From an uncultured bacterium (lineage in GTDB: Bacteria > Muiribacteriota > Ozemobacteria > Ozemobacterales > Ozemobacteraceae): a DNA stretch of 64,000 nucleotides. The translations under genes were made by a program, and so were the position numbers. This document shows positions 26,708 to 35,733 of this stretch, piece by piece. Numbering within the stretch: the stretch's first letter is position 1; every line of letters begins with the position of its first letter. The DNA lies in contig CAYMEN010000011.1 in the NCBI GenBank assembly GCA_964389325.1, forward strand, positions 52,252-116,251. Direction: 5' to 3'. A model generated the notes under the pieces. It worked only from the letters and a program-made list of their open reading frames with translations, did no database searches and was not told the origin of the DNA.

Positions 26708-29700
26708 TCACATCCCGGCCGGCGCCTTCCGGTCGAGAAGCCGGTCGAAGCCGTTCTTGAGCGAGTTCACCTTCTCGACGACGTCGAGGAGCCCCTTCGT
26801 GCGCAGGCTTCCGATGAGGCTGTCCGAGAAGGCCAGCTTGACCTTGGGGTGCGAGGGCGGCGCGTAGCCGGGCGCGCGGTCGTCCGCGAGAACCCAGTAG
26901 ACGAGCCTGTCGCAGTAGGGCACCCAGTTGGAGAAGTCGCTGAAATCATCGTAGGCGCTGAGCTTGGCGACGACGATCTGCGGCACATACTCGATCTGGT
27001 TCGCGGCGTTGTAGTAGATGCTTTCGGTCTCGGGCACGACCGGCGCGACCTTCAGGTTCGGCAGCGTCACCTTGAACTTCGCCTTCCCGAAATGATTCAG
27101 GGCGATCTTCTCGGCGAGCGTCTGCCAGCGGGTGGTGATGTCGCGGATCTCCTGCGCGTACCCGAACAGCGCCTTCTGGAAGATCTCGTTGTTCTTCAGC
27201 TCCTCGAAACTGTTCTCGAGGGCGAGGAACGGCGAGTGGTTGAACAGGCTGCCGATCATCCAGCCCAGGCCGTTGTTGAGGAAGTGGCGGCGCGTCAGCT
27301 GGGCCGGCGCCTTCGCCGTTTCCCATTGCAGGCGTTCGCCTATCAGCCACGCCGTGGCCTCTCTGGCCTTGTCGAGCGCGTCGGCCGAGCGCCACAGGTC
27401 GCTCTGCTCGGAGTATTCCCAGGCCTTGAAACGGTTCGGATACGCGTTGTCGACGACCTGGAACAGGTTCTGGTTGAACAGATCGAGCAGCTTCGAGAGA
27501 CTGTTCTGATGGAAATCGCGGAGCGTGAGCTTGCGCGGCACTTCCTCGACGGGAATCGCGAGCCGCGACTCGATCAGCCACCGCGTGGCCGCCCGGGCCG
27601 TCTCATACCGGTCCTCCCGGAACCAGATGATCGACTCCTCGTCGACGAACTGCCAAGGTTGAAATACTCCTGGATATATAGACTGCACCATTCGAAACAC
27701 GGAATTGCCGTGGCGCTGGAGCAGGACGTCGAGGCCGCAGTTCCGCATGACCTCGGCTGTCAGCATCTGCGGAAGATCGCCACGGCTGCATCCCAGCTTC
27801 GTCGTGATGAGCCATTCGAGGGCCTCGCGGGTTCGCTCGCCAAGGTCGCCGTTCGCGATCCAGGCGTCCGCCTCGCCGAACTGCCAGGGTTTGTACCGTT
27901 CGGGCAGGACCATCTCGACCAGTTTGAACCGGCTCCCGCCGGCCAAGGCGATGGCCTGGTCCATGCCGTATCCGGCGCAGAATTCGTCGGAAAATGCCGC
28001 CGGAATCTCCTCCGGATCGCTGACGCGGCCGGAAAGCAGCTTCAACGCCATCTTCGTGAAGGTCTTCGCAAAGATCGCGCCTGACGACGGATCGTCGAAC
28101 ACGAAGTCGGGCAGGCGACCCTGTCGTTCCTGGACATCTTCGATCAGCCCCAGGACCTCGTCTTCGCTCAATTCCTCGGGGTGGCGGCCGAACCGTTTCC
28201 GGAAGCCCTCGCGGTCATGGGTCAGTCCGAGCGAGCCCCGCGCCTCCTGGACCTGCAGAAGGCTCATCTGGAGCTTGGCCGCGATATCCTCGTCGGAGAA
28301 GAACAAAAACTCCTCCTCGAGACGCGCTATCAGCGACCGGATGACGGGATCGTTCATGTCGAGCGGCCGGCCCTGGCCGCCTGCCTCCGTGACCCCGGCC
28401 GGCACGGAGACGGCTGCCGGAACAACGAGCGTCTGGCCTGCGCCGCGCCCGAGCACCGCCGCGAGCCCCGCCGCTCCGAGGCCGGGAGCCTCGTCGTCAG
28501 ACGGGGTCACGTACAGCACCTCTTCGAGCGTGCAGGCGCCTTCGATGGCACGCTGAATGGCGATCTCGCGCAGGGTTTTCATCCCGCCGAGGCGGGCCAC
28601 ACGCTTGATCGTCGTTTCCTGGCCGCCGCCATCGACGATAACGTCGCGGATGGCGGGCGTCACCATCAACACCTCGTAAACGCCCTGGCGACCGTAGACG
28701 CCGCTCTGGTTGCAGTGCTTGCAGCCCGTGCCCTTGAAAAACTTCGCTCCCATCACTTTGTTGGGCGGCAGCTTGAGCCGCTGGATCGTCTTCGGCGAGG
28801 GCCGGTACTCCGTGCGGCAGTGGGGGCAGATGCGGTGGAGAAGCTTCTGGGCGATGACCGATCGAACCGCGGCCGTGACCAGGTAGGCCGGCACGCCCAT
28901 GTCGATGAGGCGGGTGATCGATGCGGCCGCGTTGTTCGTGTGCAGGGTCGAGAGCACCTTGTGGCCGGTCAGCGAGGCCCGGAACGCGATTTCCGCCGTT
29001 TCGAGGTCGCGGATCTCGCCGACGAGGATGACGTCGGGATCCTGGCGCAGGGCGGCTCTCAGCCCCTGGGCGAAGTCGAGGTTGATCTTCTCGTTCGTCT
29101 GGACCTGCGTGATGCCGTCGATGCGGTACTCGATCGGGTTCTCGATGGTGAAAATATTGATCTCGGTATTGTTGAAATACTTCAGCATGCCGAACAGCGT
29201 CGTCGTCTTGCCGGCGCCGGTGGGGCCGGTGACGAGGATCATGCCGTAGGGCTCGTCCATGACCCCCTTGAGCTTGTCGAGATCCTCGGGCAGGAAGCCG
29301 ATGTTGTCGAGGTCGAACGAGGCTTCGCGCTGAAGAAGACGCAGCACGGCTTTTTCGCCGAGCAGGCTCGGCACGGTGCTGACGCGGAAATCGATCTCGC
29401 GATTCTCCATCTTCACCTTCAGACGGCCATCCTGTGGCAGGCGCCGTTCGGCGATATCGAGGTGGGACAGGATCTTGATGCGGCTGATCAGCGGCGCCAG
29501 CAGGCTCTTGGGACCGGTCATCGCATCGTGCAGGATGCCGTCGATGCGGAACCGGACCAGCAGGATGTCCTCGCGCGGCTCGACGTGGATGTCGGAGGCG
29601 CGCTTGAGAATCGCCTGCTTGAAGATCGCGTTGAGGAACTGGACCACCGGCCCTTCCTCGGACGTACGGCGCATGAGGTCCTCGCCCGACTCGCCGCCCG

Positions 29701-30187
29701 CACCGCCTCCGACGAAACTTTCCTCGCCTGCGACCGAGAAACCCTCCCAGGAATACAACTGTTTTATAGCGAGCTCTATTTGAGCTTTGGGCGCAATGAG
29801 GATGTCCAGCTTGCACTGGGTGAGGAAGGCGATCATGTCCTGCGCCATGATGTCGAACGGATCGGCCATCACGACCGTCAGCCGGTTGCCGGCCCGCTTG
29901 TAGGGGATCATTTTATACTGCTTGGCCTGGTATTCCGGAATCAGCGACAGGATCTTGGCATCGACCTTGATGTTGGTCAGATCGACCACCGCGACGCCGA
30001 GGAACTCGGCCCACAGCTCGAGAAGATCCTTTTCGGCCATGAATCCGAGCCGGATAATGATCTCCTCGAGTCGTTCGAGCGTCTGTGCCTGGATGTTCCT
30101 GGCTTTTTCGAGCTGTTCGGCCGTCAGGATCTGCTTTTCGAGCATCAGCTCTTCGATGGTGCGCTTGCTGGAATGAGGGCTGCTCAT
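26708..30187 (-). CDS. pilB: PilB/GspE secretion ATPase with a ~600-aa C-terminal extension
   Basis: 1159 aa; N-terminal MshEN/T2SSE_N-like region, 'GPTGAGKTT', 'LRQDPDVILVGEIRD', 'STLHTN', CPHC/CKHC Zn site (aa 1-560); then HTH-like segment, four ~75-aa repeats and a C-terminal domain. Confidence 0.9.
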   Translation of the reverse strand: MSSPHSSKRTIEELMLEKQILTAEQLEKARNIQAQTLERLEEIIIRLGFMAEKDLLELWAEFLGVAVVDLTNIKVDAKILSLIPEYQAKQYKMIPYKRAGNRLTVVMADPFDIMAQDMIAFLTQCKLDILIAPKAQIELAIKQLYSWEGFSVAGEESFVGGGAGGESGEDLMRRTSEEGPVVQFLNAIFKQAILKRASDIHVEPREDILLVRFRIDGILHDAMTGPKSLLAPLISRIKILSHLDIAERRLPQDGRLKVKMENREIDFRVSTVPSLLGEKAVLRLLQREASFDLDNIGFLPEDLDKLKGVMDEPYGMILVTGPTGAGKTTTLFGMLKYFNNTEINIFTIENPIEYRIDGITQVQTNEKINLDFAQGLRAALRQDPDVILVGEIRDLETAEIAFRASLTGHKVLSTLHTNNAAASITRLIDMGVPAYLVTAAVRSVIAQKLLHRICPHCRTEYRPSPKTIQRLKLPPNKVMGAKFFKGTGCKHCNQSGVYGRQGVYEVLMVTPAIRDVIVDGGGQETTIKRVARLGGMKTLREIAIQRAIEGACTLEEVLYVTPSDDEAPGLGAAGLAAVLGRGAGQTLVVPAAVSVPAGVTEAGGQGRPLDMNDPVIRSLIARLEEEFLFFSDEDIAAKLQMSLLQVQEARGSLGLTHDREGFRKRFGRHPEELSEDEVLGLIEDVQERQGRLPDFVFDDPSSGAIFAKTFTKMALKLLSGRVSDPEEIPAAFSDEFCAGYGMDQAIALAGGSRFKLVEMVLPERYKPWQFGEADAWIANGDLGERTREALEWLITTKLGCSRGDLPQMLTAEVMRNCGLDVLLQRHGNSVFRMVQSIYPGVFQPWQFVDEESIIWFREDRYETARAATRWLIESRLAIPVEEVPRKLTLRDFHQNSLSKLLDLFNQNLFQVVDNAYPNRFKAWEYSEQSDLWRSADALDKAREATAWLIGERLQWETAKAPAQLTRRHFLNNGLGWMIGSLFNHSPFLALENSFEELKNNEIFQKALFGYAQEIRDITTRWQTLAEKIALNHFGKAKFKVTLPNLKVAPVVPETESIYYNAANQIEYVPQIVVAKLSAYDDFSDFSNWVPYCDRLVYWVLADDRAPGYAPPSHPKVKLAFSDSLIGSLRTKGLLDVVEKVNSLKNGFDRLLDRKAPAGM

Positions 30188-30211
30188 GTGGGCCTCCGGT
30201 GGCTGTTGCCG

Positions 30212-30976
30212 TCAGTCGTTCTCGACGACCTCGACGCGGAAGGTGCGTCGCTCGAGGGAACTGTCGGCGCGCTTGAATTCGGGATGCTCGTACAGGCGGA
30301 CTGTGACGTGGCCGATGCGCTTGGCGACGAACGTGATGACCTCGTCCTTGTCGTCACTGCGTCGCTCGACGGGGTCGATCCGGTTGTCGTTGTAGTCGTA
30401 GTCTGTCTCCCAACGGACCTGCCGGCCCTTGACGAAGCGAGGCACCCTGACCTCGAAATACGAGCCGATCTTGACCTTCATGGTGTCGAGCCGCCGCTCG
30501 ACCGGCGGAAGAAGCCGGATTGCGACGGTGTTGGTGACGAGAGCCCGTGGTTCGCACATGACCATGCCCTGCACCTTGTACACACCCTGCGGAAGCGGCG
30601 CGCCGTTGCGATCGACCGTCCGCCAGCCCAGAACTGCGGCTTCGGGGCGGTCCGTCCTGATCGGAATGCTGTGCGTGACATCTTCCCAGCGCAGCATGTT
30701 CGACCAGCGCCAGATCTGGGTGCCATCGTGAAATGCGGCGAGATCCCAGCGCTGACCCGTTTCGAACCGGATATCGACCGTCTTGTCGGTGCGGTTGCGT
30801 AGGGTGATCGTGAAGGTCGCAACCTCTCCGGCGACGACTTCGGCCGTGTCTGGTCGGAGGGTGATCTCGAGATCGTGCGGCTGCACGTGTTCCCACTTCC
30901 GCCAGGCGGCAGCGGGGGAGGGCATGACCGCACCGAGTGCCGTGAGGAAAATGAGGGAAGGCAGCAGGCGTCGCAT
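30212..30976 (-). CDS. Secreted protein with a BsuPI-like domain and a C-terminal chagasin-like beta domain
   Basis: Signal peptide; 'FTITLRNRT...IRFETGQRWD...IWRWS...GVYKV' (BsuPI pattern); C-terminal 'VKIGSYFEVRV...ITFVAKRIGHVTVRLY...FRVEV'. Confidence 0.6.
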   Translation of the reverse strand: MRRLLPSLIFLTALGAVMPSPAAAWRKWEHVQPHDLEITLRPDTAEVVAGEVATFTITLRNRTDKTVDIRFETGQRWDLAAFHDGTQIWRWSNMLRWEDVTHSIPIRTDRPEAAVLGWRTVDRNGAPLPQGVYKVQGMVMCEPRALVTNTVAIRLLPPVERRLDTMKVKIGSYFEVRVPRFVKGRQVRWETDYDYNDNRIDPVERRSDDKDEVITFVAKRIGHVTVRLYEHPEFKRADSSLERRTFRVEVVEND

Positions 30977-31016
30977 GATGATCCGATGATACACCACCCC
31001 GGGGATGACCGCCATG

Positions 31017-33125
31017 CTATTTCTGTTCCTGGATCATGATGCCGTCCCAGTCGGGCGGTGGTGGGGCCGCGGCATACGACTTGCAGCGCTCGAGCAGCAG
31101 CCGGGCCGGCCTGTCTTCGACATCGGCTGACATATACTGCGTCAGATACATGATGGCCCCGGCGAAGTTCCGGTTGAGGGCCATCTGGAGAGCGTCTTCG
31201 TAGGTCTTCTTCCGGTGCTGCTGGAGCTCGAGATCTCCGCCGTCATGACCGTCGAGTCGCGCGAGAACCTCGTAGACCGGCACGGCCTGCTTGCGGCCCA
31301 CGACCCGGATCATGCCGAGGAAGCGACAGAGGATCGCCGGCTTGACCAGGTCGGCGGTGTCGCCGCTGATCAGGATGCTGGTTCCGAACATCTTATTGGC
31401 CGTTTCGAGGCGGGCGGCAAGGTTGACGTTGTCGCCGATGCAGGTGTAGTCGAACCGCATCCGCGAGCCCATGTTCCCCACCACCACGACGCCGGTGTTG
31501 ATGCCGATCCGGACGAACAGCTCCGGCTTGCCTTCCTTTCGCCATCGGGCGCGCATCTCGGAGAGCGCCTTCTGGCTGTCGAGTGCGCACCGGCAGGCCC
31601 GGATCGCGTGGTCGGCCTGGTCGACCGGGGCGCCGAACACCGCCATGATCGCATCGCCCTCATACTTGTCGAGCAGTCCGTCATACTTGAAGATGATGTC
31701 GGTCATCTCGGTCAGATACTCGTTGAGCAGGTTCACGACGATGAGCGGGGAAAGGCCTTCCGACAGCGTCGTGAAACCTTCGATGTCCGAGAAGAAGAGC
31801 GAGAGGCAGCGTTCCTCGCCGTGAAGGTTGAGCTTGGCGGGGTCTTTCAGGATCTCGTTCACGATCGACGCCGTGACGTAGTGCTGGAACGCGTTCTTGA
31901 TGCGCAGTTTGTCGGACTGCTCGGCGTAGTAGCGCATGCCGACGGCGAAAAAGAAGGTCAGATCGAGCGCCGCGACGGTCGAGGTGACGTCGACGATCCG
32001 GCCGTACCCGAAGAAGGCGACGGCGGAAAGGGCGAACAGTCCGATCGTGCCCGCCAGGCTGATCACCCCGAACGCGAACGGCTGCAGCCGCGGAGCCAGC
32101 ATGAACGATACTATAGCTAAAACTATTGCAGCCGCGAGCGGGGCCTGCCACGGCGGCGCGGGCGTCAGCGTGGTGCCGTCCAGGTAGTTCGACACGACCA
32201 CGGCATGGATGAACGGCGGGAACTCGGGCTTGCCGAGAGGCGTGAACAGCCGCTCCTCGCTCATCGAATGGGCCGGCCCGATGATGACGATCTTGTCCCG
32301 GAAGACGGCCGGGGCGACGGAGCCCTGTTTGACGTCATACAGCGACACGCGGGTCACCGCCTGCGGGTCGAAATTGTAGTTGATCAGCGTGTGCTCGCGG
32401 TTCGAGAGAGGAATCGAGATCGGCGCCGATGCCGCCTTGAACGTCAGCTGGTCTGACTCGTAGCTCAGCTTCTGAAGCGGGAGACCCAGCCAGATTCGTA
32501 CGATCTCCGCGTGAAAACCCGGCACCGGCTGCCCGCGGACGGGCCGGAAGATGGCCGAGGACCGCCGGATCGTCTCGTCGACCAGCGGGCTGAAATACGA
32601 GGGCGCGACGTGACCGGCCCGTGCGAGGGTCGGATACGGCGTCGTCATCGTCTCAGGGCCGCGCCGGAAGGCTTTGAGAACGACGTTCCCCGCTTCCGAA
32701 ACCGCTTCCGCGAGCTCCTCATCGGCGTTTGCGTCGCCGCTCAGCGTGCCGAAGAATGTGTCGATAGCGATGACGCGCGCGCCGGCGCTCGCGATGATGC
32801 GCACGACGTCGGCGTATGCCTGCCGGTTCCCCTGATACAGGTTGTGGATGCCGAGAATGGAGCGGTCGTCGGCGAGAACCAGCACGACCGGACCCGGCGT
32901 AACCGGCTTCGGAAGCAGGTTGCCGAGTTTCGCTGCCAGGGGATGCTCGCTCGGGGCCGCTGCATTCAGTCGGAGACGGCTCCAATAATCACGCAGGCGG
33001 GTGTCGAGAGCAGTAAAAAGCGGTGCCGCAAGAAGCAGCACCGCGAGGGTGGCAACGAAAAACCCCCCGGTGGGGAGGGTCTTCCACGAGTGGTGGGCCT
33101 GGTTCTTATCGTTCGAAGGTGTCAA
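31017..33125 (-). CDS. CHASE2-domain class III adenylate cyclase
   Basis: N-terminal TM, CHASE2 domain, 3 TM helices, 'FFSDIEGFTTLSE', 'DKYEGDAIMAVFGAP', 'FDYTCIGDNVNLAARLE'; Lys/Asp pair indicates ATP specificity. Confidence 0.92.
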   Translation of the reverse strand: MTPSNDKNQAHHSWKTLPTGGFFVATLAVLLLAAPLFTALDTRLRDYWSRLRLNAAAPSEHPLAAKLGNLLPKPVTPGPVVLVLADDRSILGIHNLYQGNRQAYADVVRIIASAGARVIAIDTFFGTLSGDANADEELAEAVSEAGNVVLKAFRRGPETMTTPYPTLARAGHVAPSYFSPLVDETIRRSSAIFRPVRGQPVPGFHAEIVRIWLGLPLQKLSYESDQLTFKAASAPISIPLSNREHTLINYNFDPQAVTRVSLYDVKQGSVAPAVFRDKIVIIGPAHSMSEERLFTPLGKPEFPPFIHAVVVSNYLDGTTLTPAPPWQAPLAAAIVLAIVSFMLAPRLQPFAFGVISLAGTIGLFALSAVAFFGYGRIVDVTSTVAALDLTFFFAVGMRYYAEQSDKLRIKNAFQHYVTASIVNEILKDPAKLNLHGEERCLSLFFSDIEGFTTLSEGLSPLIVVNLLNEYLTEMTDIIFKYDGLLDKYEGDAIMAVFGAPVDQADHAIRACRCALDSQKALSEMRARWRKEGKPELFVRIGINTGVVVVGNMGSRMRFDYTCIGDNVNLAARLETANKMFGTSILISGDTADLVKPAILCRFLGMIRVVGRKQAVPVYEVLARLDGHDGGDLELQQHRKKTYEDALQMALNRNFAGAIMYLTQYMSADVEDRPARLLLERCKSYAAAPPPPDWDGIMIQEQK

Positions 33126-33167
33126 TGGTTTCTATGTGGGGAAGAAGCTGATGAGAGGCCGGACACA

Positions 33168-33996
33168 TTACGGCTTTTGGATATCAATGGTTTTGCCATC
33201 ACTACCCCCTCCGGACTTGTGAGTGGGGTCAGAAGACTGAACGATTTCCTTGGGTCCGTTTCCTGGCTGGGGAGGGTTAGAGGGTGGAGGTTGGACCGGG
33301 GGTGGGGGCGGGATATGGAGGCTGAGTAGGCCCTGGAGGAGGGGATGGAGGGGTGGAACCAGAGCTTCCGGGATTCTTGGGAGGGCCATCGCCTGGCGTT
33401 TTGGGCTTGGAACCGTCGTTGCTTCCCTCTTCCCACTTGGTGTTCGCCTTTGCGATCATATCCTTGATGATCGAAACGATTTCGTCGGCGCTCTTTCCGT
33501 CTTTCAGCGCTTGCTTGACGGCTTCCCTGACCTCTTTGTACACGCGTCTTCGCGCCTTGGGATCGCCGAGAATCGCATCTTTCGCCGTATCCATGTATAA
33601 CTTGAGTGGATTCTGGGGAATCATCGGATGGATGAGCTTGTCGTCTCTCATCATTTTCAGCGCCTTGGCGTAGGAGATCCGGTAGGACCTGAGCAACTGA
33701 GGGGCTTTCGCGCGTTCGCCGACATTCGTCGACTGCTGAGCATCGCGGAATGCGCTGAAATACATCAGGTATTCCTGAATGGCGAGTTCGAGTTCACCGA
33801 GGGGGCGTATCTGAACTCCTGACGGGGTGGCATCTTTGGTGGTGAGGCTGAAGCCCTCGCCCTCGACACTGTTCCTGGTCTTGTCCGATACCGATGTCTT
33901 GCGGTCGCCCTTGTAATCATCATCTGCCGCAGCGGCCCCGAGGGTGAAAACAAAAAGGCCGACCAGGGAAACCATTGCTGTTCGTCGAATGGTCAT
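33168..33996 (-). CDS. Secreted helical protein with Pro-rich tail; probably one gene split by a 1-nt frameshift near 33298-33308
   Basis: Signal peptide, GGGAGG RBS; annotated frame stops at 33277 while a second Pro-rich frame continues to 33168. Confidence 0.65.
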
Positions 33997-34108
33997 AAGT
34001 CTCTGTACCTCCCTTTGGGATCTCTCCTCGTATCAATTGTAACCGATTTTCACTTGTCTTGTGAACTTCCGGAATGGACCTTCTGCGGGATGGGAAATCT
34101 GCAGCGAG

Positions 34109-34753
34109 TCAGTAGGTGATCTTTTCTTTCTCGAGAATCGTGACGATGTTGGTCCAATCGGCCTGAAGTTCGGTGGGCAGTTTGCCCTGTTTCGACAGCA
34201 GTTCGCTGGAATAGGCTGATTTCGAGACGGATTTTTCATAATTCTTCACGGCTTCGTAACTCAGGATATCCTGTCCGCGGAGGTTTTCCATCGAGGTTAC
34301 GTCCGCGACCAGGTTGATGTCATACGGTTCGATCGTGTTCCAACTGTCATGGGGAATGACCGTCACGGGCGGGTCGGGATCGGGATACAGTTGCTCCGCG
34401 TCGCTCATGAGAATGAACGTATGCTGCCCCTTGGCGCATTTGGAAAACAGATGATACAGGTTCTGGGTCAGTATCCCCGTCCCGGTCGGCTGAATGGTCA
34501 GATCGTAGGCGATCTCGCCGATCAGCAGGTTCGTGAGTTGCTGAAGGCCGGTCATATTGCCGCGAAGCCGGGAAAGCCCCGAATTGGTGCCCGCGATGGA
34601 GGCTGCTTCCGACTGGTGGACTTCATGGTATTTCATGGCCAGCCGGACCTGGGAGCTCCCCGTTTGCGACAAATACAGCAGTACGGGCACGAATACGGCC
34701 ACCAGCCCGAGTACCAGAAAAAGAGCGATGCCTTTCCGATCGTTGCTCATCAT
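34109..34753 (-). CDS. Pilin-like/PilX-like protein
   Basis: 'DRKG|IALFLVLGLVAV' class III-like leader plus hydrophobic helix; downstream of two prepilin genes. Confidence 0.65.
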   Translation of the reverse strand: MMSNDRKGIALFLVLGLVAVFVPVLLYLSQTGSSQVRLAMKYHEVHQSEAASIAGTNSGLSRLRGNMTGLQQLTNLLIGEIAYDLTIQPTGTGILTQNLYHLFSKCAKGQHTFILMSDAEQLYPDPDPPVTVIPHDSWNTIEPYDINLVADVTSMENLRGQDILSYEAVKNYEKSVSKSAYSSELLSKQGKLPTELQADWTNIVTILEKEKITY

Positions 34754-34757
34754 CGGT

Positions 34758-35267
34758 TCAATCCGTGTTGATCAGATACACGGCGTCGAGGGAAAAGACG
34801 CCGTCCGTCGACATGCAGTAGGAGATGACCCTATTCGTGGGACTCGTGGCCGTGAAGGTCATCGTGGCGATGCCCCTGCCGATGGGAACAGGGTTGACGA
34901 CCGCCTCGCCAGGACCGTTCGGAATCGTGCACCGGCGCACTTCCCGCGAGCCGGGAACATGGTAATACGAGATGATTCTTCCCGTGAAATCCTTGAACAC
35001 GACTTTCGTATCGGATCGGAGGGAGTCGTCGGAGTTGATCCGCGGCCAGATGATCGTGCGGGCCATCTGGAGCTCCTGGATCATTTCCCAACTCGCCCGC
35101 CGGAAGTCGTTCTGGATGTCGCTGATCCGCGTGAGCCGTTTCTGGTACTCCTTCTGCATGAAGAACCAGCGGGCGAGGAAGCCGAGAATGAGAGCGAGGA
35201 TCGTCGTGCCGATCAACAGCTCGATGAACGTTGTTCCCCGTCCGTTGCGTCTAAAGGTCTGGTACAT
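34758..35267 (-). CDS. Type IV minor pilin/pseudopilin (PilW/GspJ-like)
   Basis: 'RRNGRG|TTFIELLIGTTILALIL' prepilin peptidase site with Glu at +5. Confidence 0.8.
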   Translation of the reverse strand: MYQTFRRNGRGTTFIELLIGTTILALILGFLARWFFMQKEYQKRLTRISDIQNDFRRASWEMIQELQMARTIIWPRINSDDSLRSDTKVVFKDFTGRIISYYHVPGSREVRRCTIPNGPGEAVVNPVPIGRGIATMTFTATSPTNRVISYCMSTDGVFSLDAVYLINTD

Positions 35268-35733
35268 ACGTGTAAAGCTTGTAGAGCAGATCCTTTCCGC
35301 CTTCCTTCCAGGTGATGATGATGCCGATGCATTTCATCCGGTCGCCGGTGGCAAAATTGACGTTATTCACGATCAGGGAATAACGGAACTCGTATTTGCG
35401 CAGAAAATTCCATAGTTCGGGAAGCTGCGCCTGCTTGATGCGAAGCGCTCCCGATGAGGATGTTTTGGGGTTGATCAGAGGATTGAAAAAGCCGTCGTCA
35501 TGGCCGTCGGCGATGGCATTTCCCGGAAGGACGACTTCGGTGATCGCGTCGTAGGGGGTGTCGAGCAGGTGCTGGGAAATCCTGTGCGCGAGACCGACCG
35601 CGAAGGCCAGATTCTGGCTCTTCAGCACGGCACGACCGGACGATCCGAACATGGTCATGACCGGAAGCATGCACATGGCGAGAATACCCATCGCCATGAT
35701 GACTTCGACGAAGGAGACGGCCCGCCGCTTCAT
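35251..35733 (-). CDS. Type IV minor pilin/pseudopilin (PilV/GspI-like)
   Basis: 'MKRRA|VSFVEVIMAMGILAMCM' with Glu at +5. Confidence 0.75.
   Translation of the reverse strand: MKRRAVSFVEVIMAMGILAMCMLPVMTMFGSSGRAVLKSQNLAFAVGLAHRISQHLLDTPYDAITEVVLPGNAIADGHDDGFFNPLINPKTSSSGALRIKQAQLPELWNFLRKYEFRYSLIVNNVNFATGDRMKCIGIIITWKEGGKDLLYKLYTYVPDL

Noticed and set aside
28181-30802. Long antisense ORFs (e.g. 873 aa here; also 9367-11115, 23249-25006, 47599-49305, 51330-53189)
   Set aside because: They mirror well-identified genes on the other strand, have no recognisable motifs, and are expected with high GC3.
33270-33355. G-quadruplex-forming tract
   Set aside because: The G runs are the complement of Pro codons in the Pro-rich tail; there is no independent evidence of function.
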